Shown piece by piece: positions 36,152-45,041 of a DNA stretch of 64,000 nucleotides. The notes under the pieces were generated by a model. It was not told where the DNA came from. It searched no databases and worked only from the letters and a program-made list of their open reading frames with translations. Each line of letters opens with the position of its first letter. Within the stretch, counting starts at the first letter, position 1. Both the position numbers and the translations under genes were made by a program. The DNA comes from Planctomycetota bacterium (lineage in GTDB: Bacteria; Planctomycetota; UBA1135; JACQFD01), in assembly GCA_046160785.1 (NCBI GenBank), contig JBJXHE010000014.1, forward strand, positions 21,695-85,694. The letters are read 5' to 3'.

Positions 36152-38398
36152 TTACTTTCCGGCCGCCGGCGCTGATTCTATCGTTTGTTTTAATATTACT
36201 TTTGCAATATTGACGCGGGTTGCGTTGTCGACGAGATCGATTTCTGGGCCTTTAACTTTAAACCGTTTTTCGCCCGCGGGCGTCGTTTCTAAAAATCCTA
36301 ATGATAATAAAATCGGCTGGCTGTGAAACTCTTCTCGAATATCCGCAAGTGTAAAGTAAATACGATGATAAATATACCACGGGCCGTTTCCAGAATACTC
36401 ATGGCTCTCAAATGAAACGGGATCCCACGAGCGGCCAGTCAACAATTCGTCGGGTTTCGTCCGTTTCGAGACGTCCTCGCGGCAAAATTGAAAAAAGGTT
36501 TTTGGTAATGTTAATAATGGGCGATTCACGCGAAAATTCATCGTGGCTACATATCCCACGCCCGTTGCGTCGTCGATCGCGTCCTCGAGTCGAAACCCAA
36601 CCAATTCAAGGGCGTCCGCAGTGCCTTCAAATTGTATATTAACCGGATCGGCGCTCGCCGAAGGCGCCGTTTCCACACGCGCCTGTTTTTCTTTCTGGAA
36701 TATACGTATTTTTGCGCCGTCGCCTGAAATGATAGGATCGGCCAATTGTTTAAATTCATAGAAACTAGTTCTAGTAACCTGCGCGAGCACGCTGCCAAAA
36801 TCGAGGTCCGTTAAATAATTCGGCCCGTCGGTGCGCGCAATAATCCAATCAAATCCGTTCAGCTCCGATCGGATCTTACTAATGTAGTCGGGAGTACCGC
36901 TCAATCGTAAAATTTCTCCGGCGCCGAACGTCCATTGTTTATGAGCGCGCAGCGCTTCGAGGCGCACGGAGTGTATTTGGAAAAATGGATGTTCAGCCAT
37001 GATATAAATCGCGTCATCCGGCTTCGCGCCCGCTTCGGAAATGCGCCGGATGACTTGCGGAATCTTTAAATCTACAAATGGACCCATGTCCACCGAATAC
37101 GCCATTTCTAAAAATATCGAGCGATGATTCCACAATTGTAAATTGAACGGGTTGCCGGCAAATTCGCGGCCCCTTCCCGACGATTCACGATCGATGGGCA
37201 CATCATTAAAAATGACCAGCGCGAAAACGTGATGCAATGAAAAACCTGCGGTAACTACAAAACAAAGTATCTTACCAATCCGATTTTCAATCCACATCAT
37301 GGACCGGACAATTGCCAGCGCGACGATGGGCATAAGCGGCAAAAAGTAGCGAGCGCCGATTTTTTGCCCTGACGGAAACAGTACACAAAAATCGAGAGCA
37401 AATACTAAAATACACGCGAGCATGGGGCCGCTGAATATTGCCTTTCCGCGCGCCCTGCCCCCTCCTCTTAAATTACTGATAAAATAAAGAATCGCGCATA
37501 CGCCACTAAAAATAGCAAGCGGAACGCCCGGCCCTTCGAGAATGATCCAGTTTAAATAATATAAAATATTCTCAATGCTGAGCGGCGGAACCCCCTCCGT
37601 ATAAACGGCCGCGCGCGCGCCGATGGTGACGTCCGAAACATAACGTTGGACATGACTCCAATTCGGGCCATACCACGACGCCGCGATTGCGACCCCCGCG
37701 AAAGTCGCCACGGAGAATTGTATTAATTTAGAACGGACGCTTCCGCCCTCGCGCGGAGCATAGAATAATGAATATATTAGATAGATAATTCCGGGCCCGA
37801 CGAAGTACACCGGAGCCATGAGGCGCATCACCGACGCGAGGCCCGCGAGCACTCCAAAGCAAATTGTAGGTTTCCATTTTTGAAACGAATCGCTCTGGAG
37901 CATCGCCCACATCGACGCGGCGAATAGTGCCGAGAGCGGATGTTCGAGCAGAAGGACGCGTGAAACGATCAGGAAGACCGGAAATGTTAATGTTAAAAGA
38001 AGCGTGAACGCGGCCGTTTTTGAATTATATAAATAGGCGATGACACGGAATGCATAGTATGCAAAAATAAACGTATAGATTACTAAAACGCTTTCAACGA
38101 CGATCCGGCTTTCGCCCAACGCCAACATCAGAAGCGCCGACGAAAATTGTAATAACGGCGTGTGTGCGCCCGTTACCCCCACCCACGCGTCGACGATCGC
38201 GCCTTCGGCGATCTTGCGTTTCATGATAATGGCATGCGCGTGGTAATTCGCCCAGTCCCAGCTCGGCTCCTGGAACCACGTATTTTCGCGAATATTTGTA
38301 TAAATCCAAAGGGCCGCCCAAATTATCGTAAAGAAGAACGCAAAGACCACTGCCGTTCGGCCGGATTCGCTCTTCGTCTGAGTGAAGGGAGCGATCAT
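36152..38398 (-). CDS. GT-C/ArnT-like membrane glycosyltransferase with large C-terminal soluble domain (paralog B)
   Basis: About 12 TM helices. The conserved N-terminal block WIYTNIRENTWFQEPSWDWANYHAHA is shared with the upstream paralog. A ~300-aa C-terminal extracytoplasmic-type domain follows. Confidence 0.65.
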   Translation of the reverse strand: MIAPFTQTKSESGRTAVVFAFFFTIIWAALWIYTNIRENTWFQEPSWDWANYHAHAIIMKRKIAEGAIVDAWVGVTGAHTPLLQFSSALLMLALGESRIVVESVLVIYTFIFAYYAFRVIAYLYNSKTAAFTLLLTLTFPVFLIVSRVLLLEHPLSALFAASMWAMLQSDSFQKWKPTICFGVLAGLASVMRLMAPVYFVGPGIIYLIYSLFYAPREGGSVRSKLIQFSVATFAGVAIAASWYGPNWSHVQRYVSDVTIGARAAVYTEGVPPLSIENILYYLNWIILEGPGVPLAIFSGVCAILYFISNLRGGGRARGKAIFSGPMLACILVFALDFCVLFPSGQKIGARYFLPLMPIVALAIVRSMMWIENRIGKILCFVVTAGFSLHHVFALVIFNDVPIDRESSGRGREFAGNPFNLQLWNHRSIFLEMAYSVDMGPFVDLKIPQVIRRISEAGAKPDDAIYIMAEHPFFQIHSVRLEALRAHKQWTFGAGEILRLSGTPDYISKIRSELNGFDWIIARTDGPNYLTDLDFGSVLAQVTRTSFYEFKQLADPIISGDGAKIRIFQKEKQARVETAPSASADPVNIQFEGTADALELVGFRLEDAIDDATGVGYVATMNFRVNRPLLTLPKTFFQFCREDVSKRTKPDELLTGRSWDPVSFESHEYSGNGPWYIYHRIYFTLADIREEFHSQPILLSLGFLETTPAGEKRFKVKGPEIDLVDNATRVNIAKVILKQTIESAPAAGK

Positions 38399-38428
38399 TA
38401 CAATATTTACTCTTTCGAAAATAGTTTA

Positions 38429-40591
38429 CTATTTTGACGGCTTCGCTGGAACGCTAATTTTCCCGGCCGTAAGTCGAGTTTGATTATCATCGATCGGAAT
38501 ATTATCTTGCGCTCGGCAAACGAACCGCTTCGGCCCCGCCGGCGACGTTCCAACAAAACCGATTCCAATCGTAATATCTTCGCCGGGAGCCTTATCTATG
38601 AGATCGTGTATTGCCGTTTCATGGATAAGATACATATACCACGGCCCGCTCCCTTGAAAGTTCTCCTCAGGAATAACGCGCGGCGGCACTTCGCGCGCTC
38701 CGACGGAATCGTGTGGCGGAGGCTGGCGTTTTGCAATATCTGAATATTGAAATTGCATAAAGAGAAGCGGGAATTGTTGAATCGGCTTTTCGACGCGCGC
38801 CCAAAATTTTATGTAAAGTTGAACGCCGCGCACCGAGGCGTCAAATCCTATCAATTCGAAGGCAATATTGTCATTCGAGAATCGTACGGATAGCGGCTGC
38901 AGGCCTACGGGAGCTTCATTTGTAATACCAAAATTCTCGGTTCGCTTGAACACGCGCACCGTCGACCCATCGCCGAGCAATATCGGATCGCCAATAATCC
39001 GAAACGCGCGAGACCCGCTTGCAAGCGCAGCCCGTACGATGGGCGAAAAGTCGCGATCATTAGCATAATTCGCACCGCCCGTCCGCGAAATGATATATTC
39101 AAAATCCTGCGCGACATCACGAATGCGCGCGACGTGCTCGGGCGTTTCATCAAATACTAACATTTCCGGTGCACCGAAATTCCACAGATGGCCGCGCCGC
39201 AGCGATTCGAGCCGTAGTGCCGGCGTCTGAAAGTAAGGATGTTCGGAGACGACAAATACTAACGATCCATCCTTCGCACCTGCGGATTCGACACGGCCAA
39301 TGACGTCTCCAACGCGAAGATCCGCGCGCGGGTTCATTTTAACAGATAACGCCAAATCAAAGAACATCGACCGGTGGCTCCAGAGTTGTATTCCCCAAAG
39401 GCGCGGGCCGCCTTTCTCCTCGGGCTCCGGCGGATATTTTGTAGTAAACGTGAGGACTACAACTGGAATGGCTGCAAACACGGCGCACGCCGCTGCCATC
39501 GCGAATCGCGTGCGCAACATGTCGAGCCCGCGGACCGCAATGACGACGGCAATGGCTACAATGGGCATTAACGGTAAGAAGTAGCGCGCGCCGACGCGCT
39601 GTCCCGAAGGGAAAAGCAAACAAAAATCAATCAAAAAAACCGCGGCGACCGCGAGAAGCGTTTTGTTAACAACAGATGCAAATCCGCCGCGGACACCGCG
39701 AATCACGAATGCAAGTATTGCAATCAGAAAAACCGGAACGCCAGGCCCTTCATAAATAATCCACGATAAGTAGTATCCTGCGCTTTCGAAACTAATCGGC
39801 GAAATTCCGCCGGTATAAAATTTAGACCGGTTCCCGATCGTCGCACCGCCGATGTAATTCTTAATGTCCTCAATATTGGGAAGATACCAGCTCGCCGCCG
39901 TGAGAATGGCAACGAACGCCGCGAAACCAAATATCATAAAACGGCGGCCCGGACGCGGCTCGCGAAGTGCAAGTATCAAATAGACTAGCCCCGGCCCCAT
40001 GAAATAGACCATTCCCATCAGCCGCGAAAGCGACCCGATTCCGACGAGCAGCCCGTACACGAGCGCAAACCGCCATTTTGTAAAATACTCCGTTTTTAAC
40101 ATATGCCAGGCCGCGGCGGCGTAGACTGCCGACATGGGGTGTTCGAGAAGGTACAGGCGCGAAACCGAGATCGAAACGGGAAATGTTAACAACAGAAGCG
40201 TCGACCAAAACGCGATGGTTGTATCAAATAGTCTCTCGACGACCCTGAACGTAAAATAAACAAAAATAAATGTATACAGTACAAGAATCATTTCCGCCGC
40301 GACGCGGCCTTCTCCCACGACGAGCATCCAAAGCGCGGTTGTATATTGTACAAATGGAGGATGCACGCCCGTCGACGTGACCCACGCCTCCGCCGCGCCC
40401 GCGATGCCATCGCGATGCAACTTTTCTTTTATCATCATCGCGCCCGCGTGATAATTCGCCCAATCCCAGTTCGGCTCCTGGGCCCAGACGCCTTCGCGTG
40501 TATTGGATATAATCCAAAAGACCGTCCATACAATTGTAGCGACGAATGCAAATAAAAACGCAGGGCGCGCGGAGGTTGCCACGGAAACCAA
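38429..40591 (-). CDS. GT-C/ArnT-like membrane glycosyltransferase with large C-terminal soluble domain (paralog A)
   Basis: Collinear with 36152..38398 (WIISNTREGVWAQEPNWDWANYHAGA; LFPSGQRVGARYFLPLMPIVA versus LFPSGQKIGARYFLPLMPIVA). Confidence 0.65.
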   Translation of the reverse strand: MVSVATSARPAFLFAFVATIVWTVFWIISNTREGVWAQEPNWDWANYHAGAMMIKEKLHRDGIAGAAEAWVTSTGVHPPFVQYTTALWMLVVGEGRVAAEMILVLYTFIFVYFTFRVVERLFDTTIAFWSTLLLLTFPVSISVSRLYLLEHPMSAVYAAAAWHMLKTEYFTKWRFALVYGLLVGIGSLSRLMGMVYFMGPGLVYLILALREPRPGRRFMIFGFAAFVAILTAASWYLPNIEDIKNYIGGATIGNRSKFYTGGISPISFESAGYYLSWIIYEGPGVPVFLIAILAFVIRGVRGGFASVVNKTLLAVAAVFLIDFCLLFPSGQRVGARYFLPLMPIVAIAVVIAVRGLDMLRTRFAMAAACAVFAAIPVVVLTFTTKYPPEPEEKGGPRLWGIQLWSHRSMFFDLALSVKMNPRADLRVGDVIGRVESAGAKDGSLVFVVSEHPYFQTPALRLESLRRGHLWNFGAPEMLVFDETPEHVARIRDVAQDFEYIISRTGGANYANDRDFSPIVRAALASGSRAFRIIGDPILLGDGSTVRVFKRTENFGITNEAPVGLQPLSVRFSNDNIAFELIGFDASVRGVQLYIKFWARVEKPIQQFPLLFMQFQYSDIAKRQPPPHDSVGAREVPPRVIPEENFQGSGPWYMYLIHETAIHDLIDKAPGEDITIGIGFVGTSPAGPKRFVCRAQDNIPIDDNQTRLTAGKISVPAKPSK

Positions 40592-40597
40592 CAGTTG

Positions 40598-41680
40598 CTA
40601 AGTTAAATATCGTGATAAGTGCTTTCCCATCCATTCGTGGACGGGCAGCGGGAGTCGTTGCCAAACTTTACGAGGCAGATCAAATGCGGGATTACTAGGA
40701 TTAAATTTGGGAACGCGCCGGCTTTTTACAAGATGAAAAGCATAATGAAGGCGCTCCGGTTCGAATCCCTGATTTTTCTTAAAATGATACGGGCCCGATT
40801 CCAGGCGGCTTCGGCCGAAATCAAAACGTTTAAATCCGCGTTCGACTCCCCATTCCATCAATTTCCAGTACAGAAAATTGTTACATTGCATCGGCTCGTA
40901 CGCCGCGAGCCCGCCGGAATAGTAAGGAAGCAAAGTATCACGAAACGAAAAGGATAGAACGCCCGCCACCGGTTTTACTTCGTGCCGGACAATGTGCAGA
41001 AAAACGTTACCTTTCAATTCCTCGCATAGAATATCAAAAAACTCGCGCGGCAGCGGAGGCGATCCGAGGTGGCGTTTGTTTTGTGAAAATAACCTATAGA
41101 AATCATCGAGAAACCAGAGGCCTTCATCGAAAGTTAATTTAAATTTGTCGCGGCCCTGCCGCGCCGCGGCGCGCGCCTTTCGAGGCAACATTAGTAATGC
41201 GTCTTCGGGTTTCGCGGGAAGGTCGCGCTCAAATGTTACATACAGATCGCTCTCCGCGAGCCCTCCTACGCGCTGCGAGCGCTGGCGCAATTCGATACAT
41301 CCAACACCTTCGTGCTTCGCGATTTTCTTAGCTTCCTCGACGAGCGCAATTTCAATTTCGTTCGTATCTCCAGCGGGCCCTCCGTAGACCCCGTACGGCA
41401 CCGAAACTAAATTATGTCGCAATGTTAATGTTTCACATTCCGCCATCGGCAACACGCCCGCGATGCGCCCGCCCGCCCGTGCAATTAATGTATAATCGGG
41501 CGTTCCGAATACTTTACAAACCGCGCGCATCCACGCGGGCCGGTGCCAGAAGTAGCTTTGCGGAGACGCAAGCGTCCATGCGTCGAGTTCCTCGAAGTCT
41601 GCAGCGGAGGCGCGCGTTATTTGTAACGTCGGCGTCGGCTGAGTTTCAGGCATCGGTGCAGTATTAACTATTAAATTCAC
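40598..41680 (-). CDS. FemAB-family (GNAT-fold) protein, EPS/PEP-CTERM-associated type
   Basis: FWHRPAWMRAV, LVSVPYGVYGGP, LPRKARAAARQG, FYRLFSQNKRHLGSPPLPREFF, LLPYYSGG, NNFLYWKLMEWGVERGFKRFDFGRS and YHFKKNQGFEP. The GTG start overlaps the upstream TAG by 1 nt. Confidence 0.7.
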   Translation of the reverse strand: MNLIVNTAPMPETQPTPTLQITRASAADFEELDAWTLASPQSYFWHRPAWMRAVCKVFGTPDYTLIARAGGRIAGVLPMAECETLTLRHNLVSVPYGVYGGPAGDTNEIEIALVEEAKKIAKHEGVGCIELRQRSQRVGGLAESDLYVTFERDLPAKPEDALLMLPRKARAAARQGRDKFKLTFDEGLWFLDDFYRLFSQNKRHLGSPPLPREFFDILCEELKGNVFLHIVRHEVKPVAGVLSFSFRDTLLPYYSGGLAAYEPMQCNNFLYWKLMEWGVERGFKRFDFGRSRLESGPYHFKKNQGFEPERLHYAFHLVKSRRVPKFNPSNPAFDLPRKVWQRLPLPVHEWMGKHLSRYLT

Positions 41681-42669
41681 TATTCGTCGACCCGTTCGAT
41701 TCGGTATTCGCGAAGGTTGCGCGCTTGTGTAAATATAATAATTTCGCCGACGAGGCCGAATCCGATCACCTGCGCGCCGACGACGAGCAGCACGACGCCC
41801 AGGATGAACGCCGGCTTGTCTCCGATCGGAACATCATGTATCAATTTCTCGTATGTGTAATAAGCAAGAATCGAAACGCCGAACGCCGCGAAGACGCTGC
41901 CGATAAGTCCGAAGAAACGCAGCGGCTTCAGCGCGAATTTTGTTAAGAATAGAACGGCAAGAATATCTAATATTCTTCGCAGGTAGACTCCGAATCCAAA
42001 GAATCCTTTGCGTCCGCGTTCCTTCAAATGGCGCACGCGCCGCTCCGCGACGCGGTAGCCCTGGCGTTGCGCCATTAATGGTAAGAATCGAAACTGGTCG
42101 CCGTAGATTGGAATCTCGCGCATCACGTCGCGGCGCATTCCGCGAAAATTACAATTAAGATCGTGAAAGGGCATTTTCACAAGCCAGCGCAGTAATATAT
42201 TAAACAAACTCGATTGGATGCGATTTGCCCACGGATCCTTTCTCGGATGCCGCCACGAACATACTAAATCCGCGCCGCTGTCGATTTCTTCTATGAGGCC
42301 GTGGAGTTCATATGGGTCGATTTGTAAATACGACGGAGATGTAATAATTAATTGTCCGCGCGACTGCTCGACGCCGGCCGTGATGGCGATCGTCTCGCCG
42401 AATGGCTGCCGCAGGCTGATCCAGCGCACCGGCTGGCCCGCGGCGCGGCGGCGTTCGAGCTCGGCGCTCGCAGCGGGGTTGGGCCCATCTAATACAAATA
42501 CAAATTCAAACGTTCGGTGCGTTTTTATTAATTGTTTTGTGTACGCGTCAATTAATAAATCCACTTCGGCGTCGAGGCTCGCAACGCATACTACAGAAAT
42601 TTCCGGTGCTGCCGCTGGCTGCGCCTCAATTCCAAAATGAGTATTGCCAGTATGAGTATCCAGCGTCAT
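41680..42669 (-). CDS. family 2 glycosyltransferase, GtrB/ArnC-like topology, divergent active site
   Basis: GT2 fold with two C-terminal TM helices. The position equivalent to DADLQ reads SPSYLQ, and DDGS reads LDGPN. ATGA overlap with the upstream gene. Confidence 0.7.
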   Translation of the reverse strand: MTLDTHTGNTHFGIEAQPAAAPEISVVCVASLDAEVDLLIDAYTKQLIKTHRTFEFVFVLDGPNPAASAELERRRAAGQPVRWISLRQPFGETIAITAGVEQSRGQLIITSPSYLQIDPYELHGLIEEIDSGADLVCSWRHPRKDPWANRIQSSLFNILLRWLVKMPFHDLNCNFRGMRRDVMREIPIYGDQFRFLPLMAQRQGYRVAERRVRHLKERGRKGFFGFGVYLRRILDILAVLFLTKFALKPLRFFGLIGSVFAAFGVSILAYYTYEKLIHDVPIGDKPAFILGVVLLVVGAQVIGFGLVGEIIIFTQARNLREYRIERVDE

Positions 42670-43652
42670 CCGTGCACTTCCACGAGGATCGAATCCAAAA
42701 CGGCGACGCGCGGGCCCCGGCTGACTTTCACCGCCAATTCGCCGAGCAAACCCATCAATAGGAAGTGGATTCCTAAAGCAAAGAACAATACAAATGTCGA
42801 CGTGTATACAATATTAATTCTGCCCTCGACCTGCTGGATCGTCGCGAATATATTTAATATCAACGCAATACTACCAATCGCGAATGCGGGCAGGCTTCCG
42901 AGCCCGAACCACTGAAGCGGCCGCGACGAGAATCGCACTAATACGCGAACTTTTAATAAATCAAATAGTACGCGCGACGTGCGCCCGATACCGTATTTGG
43001 AGTATCCGTGCGCGCGCGGTTTATGAGATACGGGCATTTCGCTCACGCGCGCGCCGCGAATCGATGCAATCGCCGGAAGAAACCGGTGCGCGTCGGCGTA
43101 GAGCGGAAGATTCTTAATAACGCTCGATCTGTAAACTTTTAACGTACATCCCGAATCGTGCAGCGGCAAGCCCGTGAGCCACGCAATAATTTTATTAGCA
43201 ATCATCGACGGCAGGCGGCGCGAGATCAGCGATTCTTTACGATCTTTTCTCCAGCCGCTCACGACGTCGAACCCGCGGTTCAGCTCTTCTAACAATTTCG
43301 GAACGTCATTCGGATCATTTTGCAAATCCGCATCTAATGTAACAACTACGTTTCCGCGCGCGAGATCGAAACCCGCGGCCAGCGCTGGCGTTTGGCCGAA
43401 GTTCGCGCGAAATTTAATAATTCGCACGCGCGGATCGGCTTCGCGGAGTTGTTGTAATTTAACAAAACTCGCGTCGGTCGATCCGTCGTCAATGTAAATA
43501 ATCTCACACGTGATTTGGAGAGTCGCGATCGCTTTTGTTATTTCCGTGTGCAACTCTTCGAGGTTGTCGAATTCGTTATGAACGGGCACGACAAACGAAA
43601 GCGCTACCGCGGGGCGGTCGCTTCGAAAAGAAGTGGTCGGCGCAAAATCCAC
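42666..43652 (-). CDS. polyprenyl-phosphate sugar synthase-type family 2 glycosyltransferase (ArnC/GtrB/DPM1-like)
   Basis: LSFVVPVHNE, IYIDDGSTDAS, NFGQTPALAAGF, VVTLDADLQNDP and two C-terminal TM helices. GTG start. Confidence 0.85.
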   Translation of the reverse strand: MDFAPTTSFRSDRPAVALSFVVPVHNEFDNLEELHTEITKAIATLQITCEIIYIDDGSTDASFVKLQQLREADPRVRIIKFRANFGQTPALAAGFDLARGNVVVTLDADLQNDPNDVPKLLEELNRGFDVVSGWRKDRKESLISRRLPSMIANKIIAWLTGLPLHDSGCTLKVYRSSVIKNLPLYADAHRFLPAIASIRGARVSEMPVSHKPRAHGYSKYGIGRTSRVLFDLLKVRVLVRFSSRPLQWFGLGSLPAFAIGSIALILNIFATIQQVEGRINIVYTSTFVLFFALGIHFLLMGLLGELAVKVSRGPRVAVLDSILVEVHG

Positions 43653-43756
43653 GATGGGAGTATCCCCTTTCGGCTACCGTGATTGCGAGCGTGAGGTTTA
43701 CTTAATATTTGTTAACGGCGGAATTATCAAAACCCCGCGGGCGAGAACCGCAGTTG

Positions 43757-44947
43757 TTACAGCCGCCCCGTCGCGCGCGCCCAAAATACGACCGCGTTAG
43801 CAACCATCAAAAAACCGGAAAGTCTTAGCCAAAAACCAAAGCTGTCGTGATGTGCCGGCGGACGCATTCCGCCGTGCGACGCCCACGACTCCGCATTCGC
43901 GAGCATTTGTCTTGCCCGGATTAGTATCAATTCACGCGAACGCTCAAATTCGGAAGACATGGCGGGAACCGCTTCGAGCGCCGCGAGCGCAACGCGCGCG
44001 CTCGCGAAGTCTCCCTTGGCCACGGCCGTTTCGAGATCGGCAAGAACGCGCTCGGGTTCGCCGCCCGTTGTTTCCGCGAGTCCGGCATGTATCAAATCGT
44101 CGATTTCATTTTTAGTAAAATTACATAATTCGCCCGTTTCATCCGCGAGCGATTGCACCGCCGACACCGCCGAATTCGATACTTCAAATAGTGATGACAA
44201 TTCAATCGCCGGCGCCGCCGTTTCAAAGCTAACGTTCGGCGGCCTTTCCATTCTTCTCGAGGGAAGCGCGGCCGCGGGACGCAATGCCGGGCGCCAGACG
44301 CGCCGAAACCCGATGCTCGAACATTGATAATCCAATCGCGCGGTCGACGCGCGGTCGCAGCGCGCGAGGGCGGGCGGATCGAACCACGAGCCGCCCTTCA
44401 CGCGAATGAAATGATCGGCGCTTGCGGTCGACGTCCACTCCCAAACATTACCAATCATATCGTATATATCAAATTCACTCGCGCCGTTTTTGTAATAATC
44501 GACCGGAGTCGTGTCGCGAATGCCGCTCGCTTTTGTGTTGCATCGGCCATTATCAAATTGATCACCCCATGGGTACAACCTTCCATCCTTTCCTCGCGCG
44601 GCCTTTTCCCATTCATTTTCTGTTGGAAGATCGAAACCTTCACATTGGCAGAATGCTAACGCTTCGCGAAATTGTATTCCTACAATGGGGTGGCGGCCTT
44701 TTTGCCGCATGAACGACGCGTCTTTTAACAATTCGGGAATGCGCAGGCCGAACTTCTCCGCGGTTCGAAGATACTGATCGTTGGTGACCGGAAAGCGGTC
44801 GATCGCAAATTCGCCGAGCGATTGTTGAATTCGGCCAGGGCCGAATTGATAGATCCCTTCCGGGATTTGCACCATTTCCGGAGGCGGCGCTCCGAGAGGC
44901 GTCTGCGGCGGCGAAACCGCGTATTCATTCTCCAATGGATGATTCAT
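43757..44947 (-). CDS. formylglycine-generating enzyme (SUMF1/FGE-sulfatase) domain protein with C-terminal helical region and TM tail
   Basis: IDRFPVTNDQY, HPIVGIQFREALAFC, LPTENEWEKAARG..RLYPWG, GNVWEWT, VKGGSW, GFRRVW. C-terminal hydrophobic FWLRLSGFLMVANAVVFWA. Confidence 0.8.
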   Translation of the reverse strand: MNHPLENEYAVSPPQTPLGAPPPEMVQIPEGIYQFGPGRIQQSLGEFAIDRFPVTNDQYLRTAEKFGLRIPELLKDASFMRQKGRHPIVGIQFREALAFCQCEGFDLPTENEWEKAARGKDGRLYPWGDQFDNGRCNTKASGIRDTTPVDYYKNGASEFDIYDMIGNVWEWTSTASADHFIRVKGGSWFDPPALARCDRASTARLDYQCSSIGFRRVWRPALRPAAALPSRRMERPPNVSFETAAPAIELSSLFEVSNSAVSAVQSLADETGELCNFTKNEIDDLIHAGLAETTGGEPERVLADLETAVAKGDFASARVALAALEAVPAMSSEFERSRELILIRARQMLANAESWASHGGMRPPAHHDSFGFWLRLSGFLMVANAVVFWARATGRL

Positions 44948-45041
44948 TTTCCCTGAGCTTCACAACGAATCGGCCGAATGACGAACGCGGCATGAGTTGG
45001 CGACTTTACTTGAATCTACAAAACGATCGATGTGAGTCGTC

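Noticed and set aside
36152-40591. The two GT-C genes are in the same reading frame, separated by a stop plus 10 codons; considered as a split or fused gene
   Set aside because: Each ORF is a full-length paralog with its own N-terminal conserved block and C-terminal domain. Being in frame has a 1-in-3 chance expectation. Other adjacent gene pairs here are also in frame by coincidence.
43721-43750. CCCCGCGGG palindrome after the FGE-domain gene, considered as a terminator
   Set aside because: The palindrome leaves no loop (an 8-9-nt self-complementary block), and the T-run on the relevant strand is only four residues. This is too weak to call.
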